Positions 14,870-28,749 of a DNA stretch of 64,000 bases are shown one piece after another. The notes under the pieces were generated by a model. The model was not told the DNA's origin. It did not search any database and was given only the letters and a program-made list of their open reading frames with translations. Positions within the stretch are counted from its first letter, which is position 1. Each line of letters opens with the position of its first letter. The translations under genes were made by a program, and so were the position numbers. This DNA is from Octopus vulgaris (lineage: Eukaryota): the NCBI GenBank assembly GCA_951406725.2, contig OX597817.1:25420001-25484000 (forward strand), written 5' to 3'.

Positions 14870-16305
14870 GCAGGGTTGTTGTCTTGAAGTTTGATGTCAA
14901 CAAGTTCCTCAAATCTCAATGATTCGTCTTAGGATTCTTACAGAATACAGGCAATACAGCGCTGCACGTTTCAATAGTTTTCTTAGGCATCGATTTGTAT
15001 GTTTTCTGTACAGTACATAAATTACCAAAGAAATCATTGTCACTCAGTCTTCCACAATCTCCATATCTGTCTTGCTAGCTCTGTGATTGTTCATTTCATC
15101 AATTTTTTTTCCTTTCGTATCCATTCTATTATCATATCGGAGGCGCAGTGGCCCAGTGGTTAGGGCAGCGGACTCGCGGTCGTAGGATCGCGGTTTCGAC
15201 TCCCAGACCGGGCGTTGTGAGTGTTTATTGAGCGAAAACACCTAAAGCTCCACGATGCTCCGGCAGGGATGGTGGTGATCCCTGCTGTACTCTTTCACCA
15301 CAACTTTCTCTCACTCTTACTTCCTGTTTCTGTTGTACCTGTATTTCAAAGGGCTGGCCTTGTCACTCTCTGTGTCACGCTGAATATCCCCGAGAACTAC
15401 GTTAAGGGCACACGTGTCTGTGGAGTGCTCAGCCACTTACACGTTAATTTCACGAGCAGGCTGTTCCGTTGAATCGGATCAACCGGAACCCTCGTCGTCG
15501 TACACCGACGGAGTGCTTCCATCCATTATCATATGCTATTGCAAAATCTATTACCATACCCTCCTTTTTTTCTCTCTTCCACAATCATATCTGGTCTTTT
15601 TGCTTTCTTCTAATTATTATTTTGTCACAACCTTTGGTGCGTGTTCATACCACTCTACTGCTATTTTGAATCCACACTCACAGCTAGAAACTTAATGCAT
15701 TCTTTTACTTACACAGTTACACCTGCGCCTATACTCTCTGCTAGCATACTACATTCACTCAAAAGCCATTGAATACTTTTGCCTACTATCTCACAGATTC
15801 TGTGTTTGATCTCTGACTCGGTTCTATCAAGTTTTGCTTTTATGAAATTTCTCCTAATAGCTTGTTTCTGAGCGGGAATAAGTAGCGATTCAGCATCTCG
15901 TTTCAGGTTTCTACCCGTCAGTCACAACCAGCGTTCGTTACTTACAGCATTATATGTCGTTCTTCCTTTTGTTTCTGAATCTCCCTACTGTTTCAGTAAT
16001 ATTTTGGGTATTCCAAGCCACCGACAATTTTTTTTTTATCTACATACAAGACAGTTTTTAAAATCATGTGTCACAGTACTAAAGGTGTCTTCTGTGTTTA
16101 GCTATACCCCCGCTTCATTCCTTTTTTTTTGTAGGAAGAGCCTGTAGATATTACGTTTGGTGTGGTGCGTGTTCTGTATTGTGAGCACCTTCCCATTTTT
16201 TTTTTATCTAATTCCTGTCTCTCGGCCCATTTTAGTAAAAGAGATGAGAATCTTAATGTTGGCATGGCTCAAGTATTAATTGCTTTGATAATATTTCCTC
16301 TATTT
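14870..16305 (-). pseudogene. Decayed R4/Dong-like LINE interrupted by SINEs
   Basis: Minus-strand ICEIVGKSIQWLLSECSMLA knuckle remnant and IIKAINT*AMP RT-thumb remnant. Confidence 0.6.
15139..15524 (+). mobile_element. tRNA-derived SINE family C, tail type 1
   Basis: A box tggcccagtggttagg, B box ggtttcgactccc, (TCCA)n end; matches 41589-41981. Confidence 0.9.
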
Positions 16306-16307
16306 AA

Positions 16308-17282
16308 GGCGGCAAGCTGGCAGAAACGTTAGCACGCCTTTACGTTCTGAGTTCAAATTCCGCCGAGGTCGACTTTGCCTTTCATCCTTTCGAGGTCGAT
16401 AAATTAAGCACCAGTTATGCACTAGGGTCGATGTATTCGATTTAATCCCTTTGTCTGTCCTTGTTTATCCCCTCTATGTTTAGCCCCTTGTGGCAACAAA
16501 GAAATAAGAAACATTAGCACGCCGGGCGAAATGCTTTGCGGTATTTCGTCTGCCGTTACGTTCTGAGTTCAAATTCCGCCGAGGTCGACTTTGCCTTTCA
16601 TCCTTTCGGGGTCGATTAAATAAGTACCAGTTACGCACTGGGGTCGATATAATCGACTTAGTCCTTGTTTGTCCTCTCTGCGTTTAGGCCCTTGTGGGTT
16701 GTAAAGAAATAAGCATTTCATCTGTCTTTACGTTCTGAGTTCAAATTCCACCGAGGTCGACTTTACCTTTCATCCTTTTGGGGTCGATAAATTAAGTACC
16801 AGTTATGCACTGAGGTCGATGTAATCGATTTAATCCCTTTGTCTGTCCTTGTTTATCCCCTCTATGTTTAGCCCCTTGTGGCAACAAAGAAATAAGAAAC
16901 ATTAGCACGCCGGGCGAAATGCTTTGCGGTATTTCGTCTGCCGTTACGTTCTGATTTCAAATCCCGCCGGGGTCGACTTTGCCTTTCATCCTTTCGGGGT
17001 CGATTAAATAAGTACCAGTTACGCACTGGGGTCGATATAATCGACTTAGTCCGTTTATCTGTCCTTGTTTGTCCTCTCTGCGTTTAGCCCCTTGTGAGTT
17101 GTAAAGAAATAAGCATTTCATCTGTCTTTATGTTCTGAGTTCAAATTCCACCGAGGTCGACTTTACCTTTCATCCTTTTGGGGTCGATAAATTAAGTACC
17201 AGTTGCGTACTAGAGTCGATATAATCGATTGGCCTCCTTCTCACAAAAATTTCAGGCCTTGTGTCTAGATTAGAAAAGAATA
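16308..17282 (+). repeat. Tandem array of five SINE-B units
   Basis: Repeated ttc(a)aat..ggtcgact core at ~190-200 bp spacing. Confidence 0.9.
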
Positions 17283-18333
17283 TTTCCTCCATTTACATTT
17301 TGCTTCAAGCACCTCACTTAATTTTTCTCTAATTTCCTTCTCCTATTGTCCTACAAAACGTACGGTATGTAGCTGGGAAAGAGTTGTACGGTTTAAAAGA
17401 GAAAAGGAATTGTTGAAGCAAAAGCTGTCCTTACCAAAAAATAGGTATTCTAATGCGACATCTACACCTTTTCTTTTCTGTATGGCTCAGAGAGTTTTAA
17501 GCAGCGTGTTAATGCATACTAAGTGGAAATACAGGGCCTATATCTGCTACACGCAAAACTTTTTGCTGTACAATTAGAACGGACAAAAATTAATTTGCAG
17601 GAATTGTCAGAAAAATTGGTATAATATTTGGTTTAAAAGTGTGTATTGAGATTACCTCGAAGAAAATGAACTTAAAAAGAATAATAGTGTCATGTAAGTT
17701 AAAAAAACAAGATAGAGCTAAAAGAATTAGAACAAACACAGATTTCCAAATAATTAACAGGAACCAGAAATTTAGAACAAGGATAACATACACAAAGATA
17801 AGAAGAAATATTAACAAGAATATTATATAAATGCTGAAATCTTAAGTGATCCTAAATTAAGTGCTACATGCAAATAGTCTATATATTTATCAATTAATCT
17901 TGTTGAAACATTTATTCTGGCAGTAATAAGTAAATCATGATTTTCTTAACTTGAAATTAACTGCATTAGTAATACTAGATATGAAAATGAGGAAACCAAT
18001 TACTACAGTTAGTCTACGGCTCACATAAGACTCAAAACCATAGATTATCTTGCAAGTAGGAAACTGATATAAGATTTATAGCGTAGGTAAAGAACGAAGT
18101 CTAGATGCAAGAGCTAGTGCTAAAATTTGGAACTGGCATTCTACCAATGCAAACTGTAGTTCAAATATTATTGTTAATAAACTGAGTTGTCAGGGTATTT
18201 TACCATCCTTCGAAAATATTTTTCGTTTTTGTTTATGGTATTGTACGTATTTTAGTTGTGTCTATGTTGTCTTTTACCGGTGATTTTGTTTTTCGTTTTC
18301 GCTACATGCACGCACACACTCTCTTGTTTCATG

Positions 18334-18415
<82 letters not shown>

Positions 18416-18416
<1 letters not shown>

Positions 18417-18949
18417 TAAAGTATAGAAGCCATCTTATCATGGCTAACCACATTGAGGAGGAGGTGTTACTGTAGCTTTATAGCCCCAAGAGATCTTCGT
18501 CTCTAGCTGGCTTTAGACACAATATCTGTGTCCTTGGAGTATTTGCAAAGGGAGGCCATCCCTTCCTCGCAAGCCTGAGTGATACGCTCGAACTAGTTTT
18601 GGGATTGTTGTCCCTCGTCAACGGGCGGTAACCACCAGGTCGCGATGAAAGTGAAGGCCTCTTTGCAAACATATATAAGTTTTTCTAATGGCGTCTGCCA
18701 CTGATGTCGAAAAACGAACAGTAAGCATAATTAAATCTCAGAATGAGATTAAAACAGTAATCGCTCGATAATGTAAAGTATAGAAGCCATCTTATCATGG
18801 CTAACCACATTGGGGAGGGGGTGTTACTGTAGCTTTATATCCCCAAGAGATCTTCGTCTCTAGCTGGCTTTAGACACAATATCAGTGTCCTTGGAGTATT
18901 TGCAAAGGGAGGCCTCCCTTTACAAATACTCCAAGGACACTGATATTGT
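18416..18949. repeat. ~140-bp direct duplication (18416, 18775); second copy ends in a fold-back palindrome
   Basis: gtaaagtatagaagccatcttatcatggc.. twice; palindrome centred on gaggcctc. Confidence 0.9.
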
Positions 18950-19003
18950 TTAATTATAAGTTCACTCATCATTTCATCCAACTGGTTGATGTATACATCC
19001 GCT

Positions 19004-19233
19004 AGGCGGCGAGCTGGCGGAATCGTTAGCACGCCGGGCGAAATGCGTAGCCGTATTTCGTTTGCCGTTACGTACTGAGTTCAAATTCCGCCGAGGTCGA
19101 CTTTGCCTTTCATCCTTTCGGGGTCGATAAATTAAGTACCATTTACGCACTGGGGTCGATGTAATTGACTTAATCCATTTGTCCGTCCTTGTTTGTCCCC
19201 TCTGTGTTTAGCCCCTTGTGGGTAGTTAAGAAA
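19004..19233 (+). mobile_element. SINE family B
   Basis: Full head and core. Confidence 0.85.
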
Positions 19234-20329
19234 TATATATATATATATATATATATCATAAGTGTGTGTGTGTGTGTTCGTGCGTATGTTTTGTAGTTTT
19301 CTATAATTTTCATTAATTAAGGTTTTAAATATTACATCTACTTTTACACATATATAATACTGTTTGTGGGGCCTTGCGTTTGTTATGTTGATGTCGATGA
19401 TTAATCTTTCAGCTACGTAGATAACAAGACTTCTGTTGTTTTTGAAAGAAACAAAACTGAAAACAATCCAAGCCCTTCTGTGACTCTCCCAATGTACGGC
19501 ATTATATGATTCAAGATAAGGTTTCACTTCAATAATCTTATGAATTAAATATAAAACAATATAAGATCTGTTTTCCGTCTTCAGATAAGCTGCCGGGTAT
19601 AAATCACAATTTGAGATAACAGACAGCTAATAGAAAACATTGAAAACCCACCAAAAATATATTAAAATGATCCTAAATGATCCTATCATTTTACAAACGT
19701 TAATAAGATAAGTCCCTACAGGAAACAGGGTTCAGTAGAAATAGATAAAAATAATTTCATCACTGGCAGAAAAGCTCTGACATCGAAGCTGATACTAGAA
19801 TGTTTTTTGATTGCAACACAAAAACAAAGGAAAACTTTCCTCACAGAAACTAGAAAAAGCAGAAAATGAAAGCAAAATACGAAAAATAAAGGAAACTTAT
19901 ATAGCGGCTTTGAAAACAAAATCATTCCTATTATTCCAGGTGGTCGAGGTTTCACTAAAATGTGTATAACATGCATAACAAGTCTGAAGGCTTTATACTC
20001 TAGAATCCAGTATTAAATAATATATATGAAATGTTGAGAATAAAAAATGGAACACATTTCCCTAGTAAATGACATTTCACACAAACTGAAATATTAAAGT
20101 AAAATACTCAATCATCACAAAAAATATATAACACTTAATCTCTGTATCAATTCCAACAGGTACGAATATATCTCTGAAAGTAATGGAGAAAATAACCAAA
20201 TGTCTTTTATCTTTTTTTTGGTTCCAATGGTTAGGCTGCAGCCATATTGTGGCACCGCCTTGTGTCAAGTGAATCGACCCTAGTATACATATATATAAAT
20301 AAAAACTTATTTGGAGAAGAGAAATAGAG

Positions 20330-20712
20330 AAATAACGCGTGCGTTCGGTCGTATAATAATATAATAAATAAATAAAATATATGCATATATACATACATAT
20401 ATGTACATACTTACATCTACATGTATATATACATGCATATATATATATATATATGAGTACAGGACACCACAAATAAACGTAGAACACAACGAGAAACGAA
20501 AACATAAAATCAAACAAGGAAACGGACTTTTTTTTAACAACGAAAAAACAAGGAAACGGACTTTTTTTAAAACAACGAAAAAAACAGAGTACAGGACAAA
20601 CAATACAAGGAAAATTCCCCTTCATCAGCTGCCCCTGGTTCGACTCAATGCGTGTTTCGAAGGTAAGGGCAGAACACGGCCAGGCCGAAGCAGTCCTTCC
20701 TGCAAAAGGAAT
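20330..20712. repeat. Family F dispersed repeat
   Basis: Similarity to 11540 and 46260 copies. Confidence 0.7.
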
Positions 20713-21705
20713 TAAGTAGTTTGTGTGTTTGTGTATTATTTATTTTGTTTAACAAAAATTATTTACTTTGTGTAAAAAAATTAATTATTTTGTGTTTTAT
20801 TTGCTTTGCTAGCTAGTCACGACTAGCTAGCACGGATGCGCGAGTACGCGAGTGCGCGCACCGGGGCCACTCTTTTTAAATAGTACCTAAGTTTCTTTCA
20901 TTTCTATTTAAACAGTCGGAAGGGACAGCTGTGCTCATTGGTAGCGGTGAATTTCGTTCTTTGAACCTTGGGCAATCGCAATACGAAAGAAACCACAGCG
21001 CGCGGCCAGAGGCAGTATTTTGTCAAAAATTTCACACTGAACAGACAGACCCCTCTCTTAATGTCACTGCCGATGTGCAACAAAAGAACACAGATTCTAA
21101 CACACACACAGCTTACAATATACACACTAATAGAGCAAAAGGCTCAAACACAAGCCTCATAACAAAACATACTGATGCACTATAATAGGGGAAGTGTTTG
21201 TACCTGCCAAGCAATATTTAAAAATTTCTTAGCCCACCGCTCCTGGGATGGGAATACTGTGTTGATGACCGGCGCAGCACAGCCCATCAAAATGAGAGTA
21301 GACAGATCCTTCCAAACCTGATGATGCAAGTCCGTCTTGAGTAGTGACGAAAATCACTCCTTGCCAGTAAGGTTAAAATGGATTCATGCAGTTCACCAAA
21401 GGACGCGTCCCCCAAAGAGGAACTAACCTTAGGTCGAAAAGTTGAAAATTAGACCAATAGACCAAACACTTCTGAAAATGATCTTGAGAGAAATCAGAAC
21501 CGAAAAATCAACCCTGACACGTGAAGACAAACACCAAATTAAACAAACGTCGAAAGAACCACTAAACATATATGGACAAGAGAGGAGTATAAGCAAGTCA
21601 GGCCAGCAGTCTACTCAGCACTGGTCCAACCAGGATGAAATAAAACTGAGTTGTTTTTCAATATCTGGAGAGAAATTATAAGGGATGACATCCGCAGTTA
21701 TACTG

Positions 21706-21862
21706 GTGGCTGTGTGGTAAGTAGCTTGTTTACTAACCACATGGTCCCGGATTCAGTCCCACTACGTGGCACCTTGGGCAAGTGTCTTCTACTATAGCCT
21801 CGGGCCGACCAAAGCCTGGATTTGGTAGACGGAAACTGAGAGAAGCCCGTCGTATATATGTA

Positions 21863-21918
<56 letters not shown>

Positions 21919-22138
21919 TGTGTGTGTTTGTGTGTCTGTGTTTGTCTCCCTAGCATTGCTTGACAACCGATGCTGATGTGTTTATGTCCCCGTTACTTAG
22001 CGGTTCGGCAAAAGAGACCGATAGAATAAATACTGGGCTTCCAAAAGAATAAGTCCCGGGTCGAGTTGCTTGATTAAAGGCGGTGCTCCAGCATGGCCGC
22101 AGTCAAATGACTGAAACAAGTATAAGAGTAAAAGAGTA
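21706..22138 (+). mobile_element. SINE family A
   Basis: Matches 4733-5165. Confidence 0.85.
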
Positions 22139-22258
22139 ATATATATACATATAAAGTTAATCCAAATATGAAAACACAAAGAGAAATCACAAAAAACGCG
22201 AGGACGTGGAACAAGTATAGTGTTATTGGACGCTCAGGAAAGAAAGAAAGAAAGGAGG

Positions 22259-22293
22259 ATTTAACGTTTCGAGCGGAGCTCTTCGTCAGAAAC
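22259..22293 (-). ncRNA. Minimal hammerhead ribozyme in a ~210-bp solo module (22155-22367)
   Basis: Minus strand gttt-CTGACGA-a-gagc tcc gctc-GAAA-CG-TT-aaat. Confidence 0.75.
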
Positions 22294-22369
22294 ATAGAAA
22301 AAGAAAGATCCAAGGAAAGGAAGATGGAGGAAAATAATCTCCAACGATACACACGCGGTCACATATTGA

Positions 22370-22523
<154 letters not shown>

Positions 22524-22849
22524 GCCAACGTACGCAGAGACATCATGGGTAATAACCGTCTAACACCAACAGAATTAGTGATAATATAAAATAATGCTAC
22601 CACCATCCCAGAAAATCAAGCTGAAACACATGGTGCAGGCACTGAGAATAATGGACAGGAAAACATTCATCCTACGGACAGAGACATCTCTGAACATGAT
22701 GTTGATGTAGAACCTGAAGTAGTAGATGGCCGAACTGAAGGTGAAGTAACAGGAAATAGGAATTAACGTGAAGCTGCAATTGCAGTAGAGAGAAAATACT
22801 TGATGCATTAAACCGATATCCTGAGAGAGCTATGCATCTGTAAATACCT

Positions 22850-23890
22850 AAGAATGAATGAGAGAGAGATCAACTACCAAAGTTTCAGAACACCAAATCA
22901 AATCATTGTACGATCAAAATTTATGACTATGCTCAGAATCAGAACATTGTACGATCAAAATTTATGACTATGCTCAGAATCAGCTTCTTTTTGAAACTGA
23001 GATAGATTTAACTTCATTAAACTATCATGTATATTCAACAGCTATTGCTGCTACAAAGAAAATAGGTATCAAGATAAAGAAAAAAGGGTCACAAAAAACA
23101 CACGAATACCCAAGGTGGAAAACTCGCATAAATAATGAAATCGAGAGCTTCTGACGGGAAGAATCGATCTTAGACGTATTCTCCAAAAAGCAATAATGTA
23201 AAACAGAAGGGCTAGAAGGATAAAGCGAAAATACAATCTGATAAACATGAATGAAGTCCTCAGAGCGAAAGAGATTGTTAAGCAAAAAAAAAATGAAGGT
23301 CAAGGCTCAACGCTTACGCAGGTATGAAAGGAAATAAATTTTACAGCCAAAATATTATATTTAAAACTGATATTAAGAAATTCTATAGAGAATTAGGGAA
23401 ACAGACGATCGAATTTTAAAGGCTCGTTTGATATTAAAGTAGTAGTGACGGATGGGAAAAGCATATGGAGCGATAGAAAGGATTCAACAAGGAAACTGAA
23501 TGGGTATGGAGAGAAGAAAGAACAGCTGAGACTGAAGAACAGAGTTGGAATGACATATAATGTAAAAACTTACTCAAGCTAACAGACTAGACATGGTTAT
23601 GAAAGACCCAAGGCAAAAAAGATGCCGGTTAATTGATATGGCAGTGCTTGTTGCTATGGAAATCTCAGCAATGGAATTTGCAAAACTGTCGAAAAAGAAG
23701 GGCCTTGAAATTGAGATATCTAGGACGTGGCAATTAAAGACCAAAACCATCCCTGCTGTTGTAGGTTCCGAGCAAGAGAAGTAGTGAAAATTTGTTGACC
23801 TGATCTCTGGGAAACCAACAATCAGTGAAACTCAAAATCCTGTGTTGACATCAACCACTCACACTCTCAGAAAGTTTCTCCCCATCTAAT
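22850..23890 (+). pseudogene. Internally deleted R4/Dong-like LINE
   Basis: KAQRLRRYE pre-RT motif; RLIDMAV..KLSKKKGLEIEISRTWQLKTKTIPAVVG endonuclease end. Confidence 0.75.
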
Positions 23891-23959
23891 ATATACGTGC
23901 TTTAGGTCTCTAGTTGAGACCCGATTGGAATATGAAATAATATACAAATCAGTCGGAAA

Positions 23960-24995
23960 ATAATTGGACAGAAGGCATAGGTCTGCCAAGTGGTGAGATG
24001 ATGAAAGCAATTCAACCCCGATCCGGCTATAAATACCTGGGAATACTTGAGACAGATGGAATTAAACACAACGACATGAAGTAAAAGACAAAAAGAGAGT
24101 ACCTACGGTGAGTGAGAAAAATAATGGCTTCAAAGCTGAATGCCAGAAACATAATTATGTCAATAAACTCACGGGGAGTCGCAGTAGTTCGGTATGGCGC
24201 TGGAATCGTGAATCAATTCCATGTAGTCATAACAGAAGTTGGTGGAAAAGATAGGTAAGATTGGCAGAAGAAAGGAACCCACAGAACTATACTAGCAGCG
24301 GAAGACCAAGCTTTGGCCATGAACTGGAGGTGTCTCTGCTGTATCACATCTGTAATAGAGTGGACGAAACCATTGCCCATATTATGAACGATTGGCCTAA
24401 ACTTGCCCAAAACCGCAAGTTGTGGCGACACGATCAGGTAACGAAAGTGCCACATTGGAAAATGGGTGAAACGTGGGGGCTACAGAGAGGCAAGACATGG
24501 TATGGGCACAAACTGCAGAGAGTGGCTGAATGGGAAACTAGCCAAATCCTCTGGGATTTCCTAATTCAAGGAGATCAGGTACTATAGCATAACAGACTGG
24601 GCCTAGTGGTGGTTGCACTGCATACGCTATATAGTTGATGTTGCATGCCCGTTTGACCCACGAATAGTCAAGAAGGAAAGAGAAAAAAATAGATAAATAC
24701 AACCTTCTTAAGTACGAAATAGCCTGGCTATGGATAATGAGGAATGTGAAGATAGTGCCAATTATTGTTGGGCCCTTGGAAACAGTATCAGAAGGCATCA
24801 AGGGGAATATAAAGGAAATTGGAATAGAGTGCCCAGTAGAACTGTTTCAAAAGGTTTACCTCCTTGGCACGGCCAGAATAATCAGGAAAGTATTAGATAG
24901 CTGAAAAGAACGAATAGCATGGTACCGTATGCTGCAGGCAGCAAACCAGCTACGCATGGAAGACTCCAGGACTTCCAACAAAACCCGTGATAAAA
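23960..24995 (+). pseudogene. R4/Dong-like LINE 3' part
   Basis: YKYLGILE; ILWDFLIQ; IVDVACPFD; IVPIIVGPLG. Confidence 0.8.
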
Positions 24996-25033
24996 AGAAA
25001 TAACACAACAACAACAACAATAATAATAATAAC

Positions 25034-25108
<75 letters not shown>

Positions 25109-25113
25109 AAGAA

Positions 25114-25484
25114 GAAAATATAAAGACCTACTCATTGAAATTGAGAAAATGTGGCATCTCAAGGCGGTTACAATACCAGTGATCGTAGGAGCACTAGGAA
25201 TGATCAAGAAGGGAACCGAAAATTATATGAGAATGATCCCTGGCTTACCATCCCTGCAAGAAGTGCAAAAGATTGTCTTAACTGGTACATCACACGTATT
25301 GAGAAGAGCATTGTCGATGTGAGAACTGTTGCTGCTCATGTATTTTAATTTAACTTAAAAAAAAAAAATTAACGAACTATTGAGTTTGGTTTAATGGCCT
25401 ACCAATGTATATGAGTTTCTTTGCCCTAGGAGTCGGGAAGACACTCGGCAAGAAAAGGAAGCAAATTTGAAAGAAGAAAAAAAA

Positions 25485-25485
<1 letters not shown>
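25114..25485 (+). pseudogene. LINE endonuclease C-terminus and 3' UTR followed by (TAA)n
   Basis: KYKDLLIEIEKMWHLKAVTIPVIVGALGMIKKG..LRRALSM*. Confidence 0.85.
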
Positions 25486-25525
<40 letters not shown>

Positions 25526-25554
25526 GATGATGATAATAGCAACAACAACAAAAA

Positions 25555-25830
25555 TTGCTCAATAGATATGTCAATCCCAGGAGACTACAACAGTTTTGTT
25601 AACAACATTTGGAACGATAAGTACAAGGAACTTGAAATATAGGTCTCAAATATGCATCTAAAAACAACTGTAACTTTGAACATCAGACCATTGGAGACCA
25701 TACCAAATGACACACTTTTAAGCCCTATTGCCAAACACAAGAGAAAGAGAAACTCGAAGTATCAGAACAACTAAGATTGTTCTCATGGGTACTGCCAACA
25801 TCCCCAGGACAACGTTATCAACCTAAAAAT
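25555..25830 (+). pseudogene. Older LINE endonuclease fragment
   Basis: LIDMSIP, KYKELEI, IVLMGTANI remnants. Confidence 0.6.
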
Positions 25831-25928
25831 AGCTGGTTCTCTTAAAACAATAAAATAATTTGAATATAGGAATAGTACGTATGAAACAATTTTAGATCTC
25901 AGAACCTGGTCACTTTTCCTACAAAATA

Positions 25929-26157
<229 letters not shown>

Positions 26158-27028
26158 TTAGCAGATGTCTGTGTATAATACCAATGAGGGCGTGAGAGAG
26201 GAGAGAAAGGAGCAGAGGAGCAAAATGAGGAAGTGGCTCTTTATTTCTCCTCCTCCATTTCCTCATTCGTCACAGCATTTTTCGACAGAGCGAGAAATGT
26301 CAATAGTGTAAGTGTGTGAGTTAGAAAGTGAGTAAAAGAAACAGACATAGAATATAAGAGAGGAACTATTACAGAAGGTGAGCGAGGGAGACACAAAATG
26401 AGAAAAAGACAGAGAAGAGAGGAAGAAACAGAGAGAGAGAGAGAGAATAAGTTTCTGTAGGAGGAGTTTCAAGAGAGAGGGATAGCAGGAGAGAGAGAGA
26501 GAGGTGCTGATGTTTGATACTGTATGTATGATCTATAGGTGAAAGTGAAAGAAAGCCGGCGCAAAGAGAGGGGCAAAGCGGGAGAGAAAGAGATGCTGAT
26601 GTTTGATACTGTATGCATATGTATCTGTGTGTGTGCGTATTCGTGCGTGCGTGCGGTGTTCCACAATCGCCATTTATTTCATTCACGAAAGGTACGGGAA
26701 AAATGGTTAGAACAATTACGTCAACGAAATGCAATCTGCAGGAGCCAAGGGTAAAAAAAATGTAAGCGAAAACCGTTTAAAGGATGCAAGACAAAGACAA
26801 GCTGCCAGAATTAGCGAGAGATGAGACAAAGAAAAAAAACAGGAGCAAACAGTTACTGTAAGACTTCGCCAATCCTCAGAGGAAAGACGTAAGCATCTTG
26901 ATCAAGAAAGGCTGAATACGGTTAACAAAAGAGCTGCACCTTCAACATATGTGATAGAATTTTTCTCCCTTTATAAAAGTGGTAAATTTTGTATTTTCGT
27001 TTATTATTATTGGCGCGCTGACAGAAAA

Positions 27029-27265
27029 GGCAGCGCTCTGGCAGAAACGTTAGCACGCTGGGCGAAATACTTCGCAGTATTTCGCCTGCCGTTACTTTCT
27101 GAGTTCAAATTCCGCCGAGGTCGACTTTGCCTTTCATCTTTTCGGGGTCGATTAAATAAGTACCAGTAATAAGTCGATTAAATAAGTACTGGGGTCGATG
27201 TAATCGACTTAATCTCCTTGTTTGTCCCCTTTATGTTTAACCTCCTGTGGGCAATAAAGAAATAA
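27029..27265 (+). mobile_element. SINE family B
   Basis: Head and core. Confidence 0.8.
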
Positions 27266-27452
27266 ATTATTATTATTATTATTATTATATGAAAACTAAC
27301 AGCTTATTTTACTGGGTATGATGGAAAGAGTCAGCTGTCCACAGCCAGTAGGCTAAGGTGACACTTGTTTACTGATCATGCTTCAAGAACCCCAGCGAAG
27401 AATTCTTGCCGCTCCCACCAATGCTGATTTTTGTAGGTATTCTACATTATTA

Positions 27453-28732
27453 TTAGGTTGTCAAGAAACTTCTTGCGGTTTTTAACCTTTAAATTAAGAT
27501 GCATACATTTCGGCTCAAACAAAACGTTATTAATCGAAATAATGACCATCAAAATCAACACACTTTTGCCACCGAAACAAGTTTATTTATGCCAGTAACG
27601 TAAAAATCCTGCGTTCTGGTGGCGATGAAGTTATTGAAGGCGTGTTTGCCATCGTCTTGGTATTTGAAGCATTTCTCACGCAGGAAGTTGTCAAGATGCT
27701 TGAAAAAGTGGTAATCGGTAGGCGATAGGTCTGGTGAGTATGGCAGACGATGCAGAGTTTTGTAGCCCAATTCGTTCAACTTCTGTAGGGTCAGTTGTGT
27801 GACGTGCGGCTGAGTGTTGTCGTGGAGAAGAATTGGTCCTTTTCTATTGGCCAATGCTGGCTGTTGTTGTCGGAGTTTCTTATGCATTTCCTCCATTTGC
27901 TGACAATACCTCTCCGCCGTAATGGTTTCGCCTGGATCCAAAAAGCTCTGATGGATGAGACCGGCCGCAGGCCATCAAACAGCCACCATGACCTTCTTTT
28001 GGTGCAACTTTGGCTTCGGGAAGTGGCGTGAAGCTTCGTCGGCGTACAACCACTGAGCTGAGCGTCGTCGGTTGTCGTAAAGAATCTACTTGTCATCGCA
28101 AATCACAATCCAGTCGAGAAACGGGTCATTCTTGTTGCGTACAAGAAGGGAAGACGACACTTCAAAACAGTGATTTTTTTTTTTTTTGGGGGGGGGGTTG
28201 TTCAATTCGTGCGACACTCATTTCTCAAGTATTTTTGTTTTCCCAATCTCTTTCAAGTAGTTGGAAATTGTATACGTTACATCTAATTCAGAAGCAAACT
28301 CGAACAGTTGGCTTCGACTAAGTCTCTTAGTTGATCGCTGTCAGCATCCGATGGCCGAACGCTACGCTTATCCTCTTCAAGACACTCGTCCCCGCTACGA
28401 AATTTCTTGAACCACCATTGTGCTGTACGTTCATTAGTGTTTTCTGGGCCAAACGCATCGTTGATATCGCGAGCTGTTTCAGCAGCTTTTCGGCCTAGCG
28501 TGAACTGGAATAAGAAAATTGGGCAAATTGCTTTTTGTCCATGTTGTATTCAACGTTCCGGAAAAAATGGCTTAATTATTCAAAAAGAAAAAAGAGTAAC
28601 ACAATTACATAGAGTGAAAAACGGGATTTAAAACGATATATAAAGTCAAAGTAATTTAACGAAAATTAATTTGAAAATACAACATTTTAAACCAAAATTA
28701 AAAATTCCGCAAGAACTTTTTTGACAACCTAA
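27453..28732 (-). mobile_element. Full-length defective mariner (~1.28 kb)
   Basis: TIRs ttaggttgtcaagaaacttcttgcgg / ccgcaagaacttttttgacaacctaa flanked by TA; LLHDNTQPH and YSPDLSPTDYHFF motifs. Confidence 0.92.
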
Positions 28733-28749
28733 TATTATTGTTGTTGTTG

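Noticed and set aside
15139-15212. Functional tRNA gene
   Set aside because: A/B boxes belong to a multi-copy SINE head; no convincing cloverleaf
16308-17282. CRISPR-like array
   Set aside because: Units are ~200-bp SINE copies without unique spacers; eukaryotic context, no cas genes
20615-20660. Minus-strand GAAAC..CTGATGA in family F (also 46520-46568) as a type II hammerhead
   Set aside because: Both core strings are present, but stems I and III could not be paired convincingly
20807-21700. Short hairpin gctagctagtc/gactagctagc and adjacent higher-GC stretch as a retroelement 5' region
   Set aside because: No protein motif could be recognised by eye
27555-27941. SETMAR host gene
   Set aside because: Lies between TIRs in a frameshifted mariner; no SET domain
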